A stretch of DNA of 64,000 bases from Ptychomitrium polyphyllum (Eukaryota), in contig OZ316776.1 in assembly GCA_973851085.1 (NCBI GenBank), positions 558,001-622,000 of the forward strand. The letters are read 5' to 3'. The position numbers and the translations under genes are program-made. Each line of letters opens with the position of its first letter. Within the stretch, counting starts at the first letter, position 1. This document shows positions 11,564 to 22,995 of the stretch, one piece after another. The notes beneath the pieces were generated by a model that did not search any database, was not told the origin of the DNA, and was given only the letters and a program-made list of their open reading frames with translations.

Positions 11564-14500
11564 ATGGAGAGACGCAGCTCCTCTTTTCGTCGAGACGAAC
11601 AAAGTTCAGTGCAAGGCGCGACTACTTCAACTTCAAGAGAGCGCTTGAACGCTGAAGGTTCGTGTACTGGCGCGTGATGCACTTTGGGTCAGTCTAATAT
11701 GTTCGCAGTCTCTCCGCATTTTTGTCTAAGCGAAGTCGTGAGGCAATTTCAGACAGAGAATTGGGCGCCCTGTTCTTATAGCTTCCCTGCAGTGACATTT
11801 TTGTAATACCAAGTTGGAATCTGATTTTGCCAAGGTGGGTGTACTACAGGTCATGGGTGGGGTTTTGCTGGATTGATGACTATTGACTGTTACAACCGCG
11901 TTTTTGGTTTTAGGTTTTGACTTGTTCGATTTCGACCATGTTGCGCAGGTTCGAGACGTAGTTTTTACCAAAGTAGTAATCCGAGTGTGGAGCCTGAACC
12001 TTCGAGTGTGGCCGCTAGACTGAAAAAGGAGGCTCTTGCCAACCCTCAAGAGGAACAATCTGTTGAGGATCTGTTGAGTTCTATGGGTGTCTCCTTGTTC
12101 GCTGATCAGAGGACCCTAGATATCTCCATGGCGGTCGCGTATGGTGGGCCAACGTTCAGGGACGGTGTTTTGAGGGATAAGCCCCCTAACTCTTCGTATC
12201 CTGAAATAAGAGAAAGTCAAAGCTTAGACTCGATTCCTGTAGCAGTTCCTCTATCGCTACCCGGAATTAGACCACCATTGATGCCAAATAAACTTAGGTC
12301 TGGAATGCAGTCGGGCACGCAACGCCAGACGAGCTCATTCCCACCGACTGTAACTACACAAGAGGCCCGGAAAGACCTCGCAACTACTAGTTTAGGCGCA
12401 ATAGCAGGTGTGTCAACAATCTTCGATTTGTCAAAGCCAAAACCACAAGATATCTCTCAAAAGGTCGTCAAAGTCTTGGATGAACCGATCAGTGGAAGCT
12501 TGCAAGACGTGCCTCAGCCATTATCCAAGGGGGAGCTTTTGCCACTCGAGGCTTTTCAAGATATGTCAAATGGTTCATCCGTCGCTGTAAATGCTACGAA
12601 CGTAGAAGAGATTACGGCTGAGATAAACGCACTCGAGAGGAAACCAGTCTCTGACATGCCCGAAAAAATTGCTGGAGAGACTCACTCAAAAGAGCTTGGC
12701 CTGGGCCGGCAAACCGACAATCCTGAAGATGACGAGACCAGAATAGTTCCAATTCTTGTTTCTTCAGCACCTTTCTCAGCGGTTGGTTCAGCAACTCCTG
12801 GGGTAGAATGCACTAGTCCTGTTTCACAAAGATATTCATCATTGCATGAGAGAGATAGCTCAGCTTTCAGCTCCCCATCTCCATCTGTGGTGCTATCAGT
12901 ATCAGAGCCTGTTGCTGTTGATCCTAACATAGAAGTGGGGTTACATCGAGGAACAGATAGGTCTGGTGCATATGTTGATAGGTCACTGGAACCCGATGAC
13001 TCAAGCATGGTATCTTCCCCTGACTCTTTGCACAGTGACCCAGGTTCGTACATGCATAAAGGTTCCGAGACTGTGGAAGGGACAAGTGAGCCTGGGAATA
13101 TTGTCAATCACGGTGGTAGCAGACCCATGGTTGCTCCCATTCTGCCATGGAAGAAGAGTGGCTGCGCAGGTTGTGGTAAAGGAAATCTTTTGCTAGATAA
13201 GGAGTACTGCATGACCTGCGGTAACAAGTATTGTGGCAACTGTCTACTTCCAGCGATGGGGTCCATGCCTGAGGGTAGGAAATGTGTTGCATGCCTTGGG
13301 CGGCCTATAATGGGATCAAGGAGGCCTAATATTGGGAAACCCTCAAGATTGCTGAAACACCTTCTAAGTCCGCTTGAAGTGCAACAAATCATGAAGGCTG
13401 AAAAGGAGTGCCCTGCTAATCAGTTGAGACCTGAACAAGTAGTGGTGAACAACCGTCCGCTATCACATGAAGAGTTGGCGGTGTTGCTCGGTTGTCAGTC
13501 TCCTCCAGGGAGATTGAAGCCTGGAAGGTATTGGTACGACGGTCAGACAGGTCTCTGGGGAAAGGTATGCACTGTTTCGCATTTAGCAAGTAAGCACATT
13601 TCATGCAATACCTCTTGTTCATGTTAGATACAAGTGTTTCACATATTTGAAGGGCACCATTTGCAGTGATATCTTTGCATCTTTAAGTTTAACCTCAACT
13701 TTATATTTTTTGTACAGGAGGGTCACCGGCCAGATAGGATAGTCTCTCCTTCATTGAGAGTGGGTGGGAACCTGCAACCCAATGCCAGCAACGGTAAGAC
13801 GCAAGTGTTCATGAATGGTCGTGAGTTGGGCAAGTTGGAACTGAAGATGCTCAAGGTACGAAACCACCTCGCAATGCCAAGTTTTTCCTTTTTCTTTGCA
13901 AGATTTGGACGATTTCAGACAAGTTGATGCCTATTCGATAGGGATAATTAGTACAGGGATTGATATGTGTGAATCACTTGTTCTCTGCCATGATTTCCAT
14001 GAATTTGCATAGTCTTAAATCGAAATAGTCATTTTAATCTCTATGGTTGGTTTATTAGGAATATTAATGAAAATCATGTTGATTAGGATCGATCGGCTAG
14101 CTTGCAAACCTGACATATATTTGCACCAGGGCAGGCATAAGCATATGGTTCCTTGAGTGTCAATTGACCTTTACTGAAACGAGCAGTAGGGTAGCGCTGC
14201 TCTATAAGTTTGTCTAATTCTAAGCTGTTTTTACTAGGCATTGGATCTACCTTTCATGTCTCAACTCTGTCATTTTCAAGGGAGCTTTCTCCGAGGTCTT
14301 AATACATGCCCATGGTCAGAGAACTAGATATTGACACACCGTTTTGAATCTTCTCCTTCATGAATTGTTGATGCAGTTTGCTGGTGTAAATTGTGTTCCT
14401 GAGACACATCTATGGGTGGAGAATGATGGTAGCTACATGGAAGAGGGCTTCAAGAATGTGAAAGGAAACATCTGGGGGAAAGAAGGCAACCTCTGGGAGA

Positions 14501-17147
14501 AGGTAGAGTACAAGAAACTCAGGATGTGGTTTTTCATTGTTTCTTTCTATTTGATTGCGTCAACCTAATTTTATGTACTGTCGAAGGAGGAAAGAATCAA
14601 TAGCTTCTTCAAAAACGTATCTTGCTCAAAGTAATACATATGTAGGTTTTTGAAATCTTCATTTGCTCTCGTCCTGCTTCCCTTGCTGACATAGATTTTC
14701 CACGTATGAATTTTATTCCCAGGCGTCCATCAAGCTTTTGTATCCGTTCTTTTCATTGCCAATTCCGCGCTCGAATGCAGGGGTAGGTGATGGCAGTGGA
14801 CGGCATTCCAATCGGTTCCCAGGTTTAGTGGATCCTTTGAAGATTCACAAGCTTCTTCTGCTTGGGCACGAGGGCTCTGGGAGAAGCACCATCTTTAAAC
14901 AGGTCAGTTGTTGATCTTCTTAGCAAGATGAATCAGGTTGCTTATATAGTGAATGAAGGTTTTATTACGGGCAGGTCTCTTCAGATTTTTGTTTCGGCGC
15001 TCTTATAAGAAGTGCCCAGTAGGTTGTATCTAATCACTACTGTAGGTACTTTAGCCTTTTCAATCGCTAGTGACAGCAGTAACTGTAGACCTCGTTACTG
15101 ACTCTGAAGGTCCTCCTGACTGAATTTCTTGTCGTCTTTCAGGCAAAGATACTGTACAATCAAGGATTTACAAAAGAAGAGCTGGTCAGTTTCAAATGCC
15201 TGATTCTAGCTAACATATATAAGTACATGGTCATATTACTAGAAGGTCGAGAGCGCTTTGAAGAGGAGGATGACGAGCTTGCTAGTGTACCTGCAAATAA
15301 GCAACTCAGCACTTCGTCTGCCGCCAGTTTAGAAAATAGCAATAACTCCTCGTCGCCACAGCCAGGTACAATTATATTGTATTGAGCTCATTGATAATGG
15401 TCCTGCCAAGGGTGCTTATTCTAGGACATGCCTGACAGTTTTGGTGGCTTTGTCATTGGTTTAATCAGACGTGGCAGGATTTTTAAATCGGAACGACGAC
15501 AAGCGGAAGCAAAGTATAACTCGTACAACAGATAATATATATAGATTAGATCCCAGTATGAAACAGTTGAGCGATTGGTTCATGGATAGTCTGGTTCATG
15601 GCAATTTGGAATACACCATATCCCCCTCTTCTGCACATAAGATCGAGCTATTGTGGCTCAGTTCTGCAGTTCAAGCTACGTTTCAGCGAAGATTAGAGCT
15701 TCCTTTTCTTCCCGATCTTGCAAGTGTCTTCCTAAATAGGGTATGCATACTTGCAGAACCTCTATAATTATTAATTATATTTTACCGTTTATACCTTCTG
15801 GCATAAATTTTTCTTAATACCATAAGAATTTCACATAAATTGCAGTTTATATATGTTTAAATGCATTTGCTGTAGGTGGTGGACGTCTGCAGGAGCGATT
15901 ATGAACCCGCCGAAATAGATATATTGCAAACGGAGGGGCTTAGCCAAGGTTCTGGTTTAGTGCAGATTGAGATCTCTTTGGACGATAAGGATTTTGGTTC
16001 GTGGCAAGAGGCTGACACATGCACTGGACTAGACAGGTAACGACATTGCTTCCGCTTCATTTGATACCGCGTGTTCTATCTTCTTTATGATTGTTTTATG
16101 TGTTCAACTTACGATGGCGTAGTTTTCAACAGATTCAGTCTTAATTTTGGCATTTAAGGGATGTGATCAGGATAATCTGGCCTTATCTGCCTGTATTCAG
16201 ATTAGTGACGCGGAATTAACAGGGTTGAATACCTGATCTTAGTATTTAGATGGTAACCTATGCTGGTGTAGGTTGCTTGGTTGCTCAGCTAAAATCATAT
16301 AAATTGTTGGACTCAGAAGTTACAGTGCACGTTAAAGCATACATTCTTGGCAACGCACGTAGATGACAGACTCGAGCAATGTTGATGGTCCTTGAAATTG
16401 GGCATATTTACATCATCTGCTTATTACAGCTAAGTTGTAATGCTCCAGGGCGTGATTCAAGAATTCAGGTCTATGTCCGTGGGATAATTATACATTTGGA
16501 ATCTGTTTCTTAGTAAAATCTTTTGCTGCAGGTACCAGGTTATTCGAGTTGGGGGGAAAGGCATGTCAGATCGACACAAGTGGTTGGATATGTTTGAGGA
16601 CGTTCGTGCAGTAGTCTTCTGCGTTGCTCTGAGTGACTACAACTCGTTGTGGAACGATAGATCTGGCAATCGTAGCAACAAGATGATTCAAACGCGAGAT
16701 CTCTTTGAGAGCATACTTAGGCATCCCTGCTTCCAGGATACTCCGTTTGTTTTACTTTTGAACAAATATGACGTCTTCGAGGATAAAATAGAAAAGGGAG
16801 TGCCACTCACAACATGCTCCTGGTTCTCTGATTTCCGTCCTGTTGGCACGGCACACTATACGGCACAGAACCAGGCACAGCAGGCATACCAATACATCGT
16901 TCATAGATACAAGGAGCTGTTTAATAGTGTGAATTGTACAGGTCGTAAACTGTTCACGTTCCAGCTGAATGCTCTTGATAAGACTACTGTCTCTAGAGCC
17001 TTCCAATATGTGAAGGAGATTCTTAAGTGGGAAGAGCACAAAGCACAAGGCTGGGGCATGATTCCTGAAGAATCGTCGTATAGCACAGATATCAGCTCTT
17101 TCTCTCAGCGCTCTATGTCACGTCAACCTGATTTATTCAGAAGGTGA
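11564..17147 (+). CDS. XLG: Extra-large GTP-binding protein (XLG; ~1141 aa, 9 coding exons)
   Basis: Exons 11564-11657, 11949-13564, 13718-13855, 14377-14502, 14723-14902, 15143-15365, 15469-15740, 15876-16036, 16532-17147 are GT-AG and in phase. XLG hallmarks: Cys-rich CxxC...[73 protein letters not shown]-alpha domain: [46 protein letters not shown]. The start exon is less certain than the rest. Confidence 0.95.
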
Positions 17148-18072
17148 GCATGTACTCTATTCTTTTGAGCTTTGTTAAATTCAAGTCATTTGGCGTTTTT
17201 GAGATCTGTGCTATGGAGGATGTGAACTTTAAATGAGAGCTTATTTAATTGAGATGTAGGCGAACAAAAGTTGCATGATTTGGTAGAATTTTTTTTAAAA
17301 CAAAATGTTAGACAATATCTTGATTCCAACTTGCAAAATTTTGTCTTGGCAGACAACATTATTAAATGATATGAATTGCATGAAGTGGAGGACTGCAGTT
17401 TGAGGTGGGCAAGCTCCAAAGTAACTGTGATTGCAGTCATAAGAGTGAGCACACCACCAACTCCTGAATCAATGTACTTCATCAAGGCAGAGTAGGAATT
17501 ACTGAACGAATTACATATTATGGTGATAAGAAAAGAGGTAATCTATTCTGCAACACCTCTTTGAACATACAACTGTAGAAACTCAAGCCTATGCTATGCT
17601 TTGCACATGTATTTAGAGGTAGTCAGGTATTTACGAAAAGCTGCAGGAAGTTCAATTTATATTTGATTTAACGATTTTGGTGAACAGGATATTTGCATTC
17701 ATCAATACATGTACTTGTACTTTACAAGCATTAAAATTCAGTGGCATTCTGTTGCTACATTTGATAATATACCTTGCTCCTATACATCTTACAGCGTTTT
17801 GATGATTGATTTACTGTTGCTCGTACACCATCTGCTTTTTTTTCTCCAATTTCCTCCAAATGCCAGGGCTAACACCCTTGCAACTAAATTCCCCAATGTT
17901 AGTAATTTCTCAAATTACTTTCTCTTGGCAATTAAGATGAAAAAGAGGCCGGAGTAAGGACCCTTGAAGTGTACAATAAATTCTGAGGGTGAACACTTGG
18001 TGAGCATAGTCTCAATAGGGTAAATCTAGCCCCTTTAGTGTGGGGGCTAGGGCCCTCCTTCCCATTCGCAGT

Positions 18073-18138
18073 CTAACACGCTAATGCCATGTTTGCACTT
18101 GAAGGCTAACATGCTAATGCTATGGTCGTACTTGAAGG
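18073..18138. repeat. Degenerate 33-bp tandem duplication
   Basis: ctaacacgctaatgccatgtttgcacttgaagg / ctaacatgctaatgctatggtcgtacttgaagg. Confidence 0.85.
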
Positions 18139-20697
18139 TTTAGGTTACCTTTGTTGATAAGACGTTACTGTTAAGGCTCTGAAATATCCAGCTTGTATTT
18201 ACACCCAGGTTTTAGAAAACACAGAATTGCTAACTCATGAAGTTTCCGGATAAAAACGGGGAGAGATAGGAGTTGATGCGTTCGTATGCACGCATGGAGG
18301 TAGATACGATCATGCATCGCGACCAAGTGTGCCCACTGGTGACAAAATTGAAAGGGGTTTGATAGAACGACAGAGAGGCTATTGGACACGACGGGGGACA
18401 AGCCACTTCAGCTGACATCTCCCCCTTGAACGGTTGCCCTTCCCAGCTTCCCTCCATCACCCTTCCATTAGCTCCCTTTCTCGCAATCGGGATCGAGGTG
18501 ATAACCTTGGTGAGCTCCCGAAGATTTTAAATTTTCTACTTCGTCGTGCGGGTCTTCATGCAGGTAGAGGTTTCTGATTGAGCTTTTTGTAGCAGGGAAA
18601 TTTCAATGCAAGGTGATCTTCGTCGGAAGGTTGTTTTTGTGGGGTTCTAATGCGAGGGGGGCCGATGCGTTGTGTACCATGCATTGCTGCGCTGCTGCGC
18701 TGCTGCCTTGGTGCGTGTGCTCATGCTCAATTGCAGAGGGTTTCTGGGTGAGTTGAGTCAATGCATTCTGTGTCACTTGTTTGCTAATGGTTCTTGTTCC
18801 GTGCCTGTGCGCCTTGCGCCGTTGCGCCGCAGTGTTGGCACGGTGTGCTTGTGGTCAATTGCGGAGGGTTTCTAAGTGAATCGCATCAATTGCGTTCTTT
18901 GCTAATTGCTTTTTGAGGTTCTGTGATCTACGCCAAAGTGTTTGGGAGGTATCCGCACCAAAGTCTCTGTGAGATTATTTTCATCATAGGATTTGTGAGT
19001 CATTTGCACCAGTGTGAGTGTGAGAGAATGTGCATGAGGCGGTCCGCGAGTCATCTGCAGTAGATTGTTACAAGGGTTTAGGGTTATTAGATAGGTTCAT
19101 GGAAATAGAAAACTTCCGAGTTCGTCTCCGATACTTTCTGAGTTCATCAATAAGTTTCTATCAAGTTGTCTTGTTTGAGAGAGTTTTTTTCTTAAAGCCT
19201 TACAGTGCAGGAGCAATATGTTGCTGCTTTAGCGTTTCCGGTATTTCTTATCGTGATACGGTGCAGGTTGCCCCCTCTTCTTGCGAGAGATTCAGGGATT
19301 TAGTGCGTTGAAAGTGCACTCCATGCCACCCTCTATAGATACAGCGGAGTTGGTTGTATTTTTCCCCTGTTTACTCATACTGTTGCAGAATGTTGTTGCC
19401 TTCATACTGCTTGCTGAGGAAGTTGATATGCCTTCTGAGGACGCACCTGATTCACCTCTAATAGGAAATGCTCATACAAACTTCTTCGACATGAACTCCA
19501 TCTTCGCATCCTTTATTTACGATTTTAGGATTAAGTAGGGAAATGTCTTTCTGGACACCAATTTAGGCTTACTGAATTTTGCCTTGATCAATGACATAGT
19601 TCTCGCAATTCTTGCTGCACGAGTACGTCTATGATAGGTGGATGTAGAATTTTTGAATGTCCAAAGCTACTGTTTTTTGACTAGCCAGTGTATTGCGACT
19701 CCATGTAGAGCGTTAGCATACTAAATTTTGTAAGGCATTTCCACTCACTGTCAGGGTAGCCTGTACAAGTTGTGTGAAGGTGCGAGATTAATTATTTCGT
19801 TAGAGTTTTTTTGTGATAGGAAAATCTACTATGTGTGAGGGGTTGAAGTGTGTCGTGCAAATTGTGAATGTGGAATTACTACACAAGATTGCATTTTCTG
19901 TAGAGCAGAGGCTTGTTACTGTCATGAACAACTTCTAGGATTTTTGACAAAACATATTTAGATATTTTAAAGTAGTAGTAATCCTCAGGCTTTTGTAGCT
20001 TCCGATTGAGGGGCTAAAATGAGGGGCTACAGTGTACAGAGCCAAGCCGTTGTTCATTGCCAAAAGAGATTCTTGGATATCAATGTCTGCATGCTCAAAA
20101 GCACAAACAATGCTAAAGAAGTTGAGCTTGTATTGCAAGCTGCAAAATAATAACCCTTTTGATCTTGCATATGTTCAAATGTTCAAGAGAGATTTGTTCC
20201 ATACCTTGATGATAAGAGGCATTTCTTAAAATTAACAGTTACAACCTCATATAAGGCAGTTAATGTTAGAATTTTAAAATAGATGTTTTGAGAATAACAC
20301 TACAATAACATTTATCTAACCTTTGTCCTTATTGTTGTCATTTATTATATACCATTCTACAACATGCTCCTTAAGTAAAGTTTAGATAAAGTTAACCAAT
20401 TGCTAAGAACATTATGGAAGAAATGGCTTTGGAGGTGGACAATGATAAAGAGGAATTAGAAGCCCTAGGCTTGCCACCTTTGGAATCTAAATAGGTACTA
20501 AAAAAACATATGGAATTTGATTACGTATTAGAGAAACATATTGCTCTTAAAGAGTGATTGGCTTGATTATAAAACATTGCATGAAAATATTGTGCATATG
20601 AGGCAATGGTATATTTTACATGGTTTTCTTTTAAAGTATTTGTTTTATTGTAGATAGATGCAATAAACTCCTTTTAATACCTTCCATCTTACTAATA

Positions 20698-20751
20698 CAA
20701 GTAGAGTTGTATTATCTCTAGTTGCAAGTAGAATTGTATTATCTCTAGTAG
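20698..20751. repeat. 27-bp tandem duplication
   Basis: caagtagagttgtattatctctagttg / caagtagaattgtattatctctagtag. Confidence 0.85.
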
Positions 20752-22770
20752 CAGGCTAGATGTCTTTGCATCATCTTTTTATAGGTGAGCTTTAGCATTG
20801 TTTGAGTGGTGGATGGACAACCTTGCGGGATGACCGTGACCAATTGCATTTCTAAAGTGTGCAATTGCTTCAACAACAAGGCCCTACTTATGTAATAAGA
20901 GCCTTGCATTCTCCATCATTTGATCCTTGTACTATCTTTTATTTTACATTTGCTCTATAAAGATTTTGGCTTGTACATCCAATCAATTTTGTTCAAGATC
21001 TTGAGTGGTATCATTAATGGCATGAAATAATTTCTCTTCGCTTTACAGTGTTGTTTTCGCCACTTTGTTAGTTGCGGACCTGTTCTCATGCTGCCACCTA
21101 CTGCTCCCATACGAAACCTGATAATAGAATAAGGAATTTAGAAGTACCAGTATTCAACTCAAATATTATATGATTGCAGACCATATCTTGAGGTTCATCA
21201 AGATGAAGTAAAGTGATCTTCTCTTGGCTATACACACATTTGAAACTTCTAATACCACAGGTTCTGCCTCTGGGACGATTCATTAGTTTTCAACTACGAG
21301 TAGCTCATGCACAATGCAGATGCAAATCATTATTTATGCCGTCAGCAATTTAGTTAATCCAGTATGCAATTGCTACATATTGAAATGATGAAAGTCATGA
21401 TACGAAGAATAAATAATCTGTGTACATATCAACTCAACGTAGGTAACCCCTCGTTGCTAACTCCTGAGAGATAATCCTCTTCTCTTTGCTAAGGTAGTGC
21501 AAATGGACAGTGCCACAAGCAAGAGAAAATAGCATTATGGTTCTACGTAGCTATGAGAGATGAGAGGAGGGCGAGCTAACCATGACATGAGGACAATGCG
21601 TAGCCATGGCCGTCACACTAACAGCAGTTTTGTGGGTGCCTCTAGCAGTTAAGTGCTGCAATGATCTGGCCCCGGATATCTGCACAATCATACTGTGAAG
21701 TATGAACGCCCCAGTGAGTATTACTTGGAGGATTCGGTTGTCTATAATTGAGGCCCCTATGTAATCTTGCACTCTTTCAGATTCATCCAAGAGAATTTCA
21801 GTGGCAGAGTAGAGCTCAGCTAGAAGCAACTAATTCAGCCGAGAGTACCGTCGTTTGGAGGTGGCTCCTTACGTCATTTCGAGTGGAGGCCCAAAGTTGT
21901 GGATCGGAAGTTTTTGTTGGTGAACACTGGGTCGTCTATATCGGCGTTGTCCTCATACAATGACTAGAGGACTTCGACGTGTGCATTGCAGACTGGCAGG
22001 ATTCGGCAGGAGGAATATTGGACATACCAACGCCACCATTTCGAATCACCAATAAGCCGTATTTCATAGATTCTCGGAGCAACAACACAAACTGCAGGTC
22101 CTGAACTCTGCAGTATCCCCAACCATGCTCCTGATCGCATCCTCGCAACCCTGCACATGCGCATTTGCTCACCGCAACCCCGGAATAGCAACTAGTCCAG
22201 CCTTGACATGCACAAATTAGCATTACTGGTCCTAATCTGCGCGAACTAGGCAACAGTTCAGTTCCATGACACCATGACAGTGATGGCACCATCGCATCCA
22301 TCTCATCCCCAGGTTCTGGAATCTCCACATTCTGCTTCTTGCCAAAATGGGAAAAAGAAAATAAAAGCTCTATAACGCGCAGGCGAGTTACGCTGGCGAG
22401 CAGCTAAATCTGAGGAACCCCCGAGTGGCCAGATTTTTATGGTCACTGTGCTTTTCCTTTTTACTTATCGCAAGTGAATAATGGCGATGAGTGAAGGGTG
22501 GTGCCAGCCTTGCGCGCTCGCAATGGAGCGCATGGTGGATCGAATTTAAACCTCCGAGTGGCACTGCTGTGTTTCTTTTTCGAAGTCAGGACATTTCGAC
22601 ACGGTGATCTCGTCTGTATTTGTGGTGTGTTTCGGAGTTGTTAGGAACACGTCCGAGTGATTCGAGAAACACATTGGTTTCTTAGGGTTTCAGATTTTCT
22701 GAGTGGTGGAGGATTTGAGCCATTTTGTGGGCATTAGAGGAGACAGGAGGGGGTTTGCACGTAGAGATTC

Positions 22771-22995
22771 ATGGTGGTGGAGCAACGGGACGATCGTGTG
22801 TACCCGAGCACCTGTAAACGCAAGATGGCCCGATCGACGGATTGGGTGGGATCGGATCCTGAGGTGAAGCGGAAGAAGCGCGTGGCGCAGTACAAGATGT
22901 TGAGCGTGGAGGCGAAGGTGAAGAACACGGTGCGGAGCAGCTGTCGGTGGATCAAGACCAAGTTCATGGAAGTGCGGTATGGCTGGTATGCTTGA
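22771..22995 (+). CDS. DUF3511-family small basic protein, second paralog (74 aa, single exon)
   Basis: MVVEQ...MARSTDWVGSDPEVKRKKRVAQYKMLSVEAKVKNTVRSSCRWIKTKFMEVRYGWYA aligns with the 2748-2996 protein. Confidence 0.87.
   Translation: MVVEQRDDRVYPSTCKRKMARSTDWVGSDPEVKRKKRVAQYKMLSVEAKVKNTVRSSCRWIKTKFMEVRYGWYA

Noticed and set aside
18026..18050. Short GC hairpin ctagcccc...gggggctag resembling a Helitron 3' end
   Set aside because: No CTRR terminus at the expected ~10-12 nt distance on either strand and no Rep/helicase remnants.
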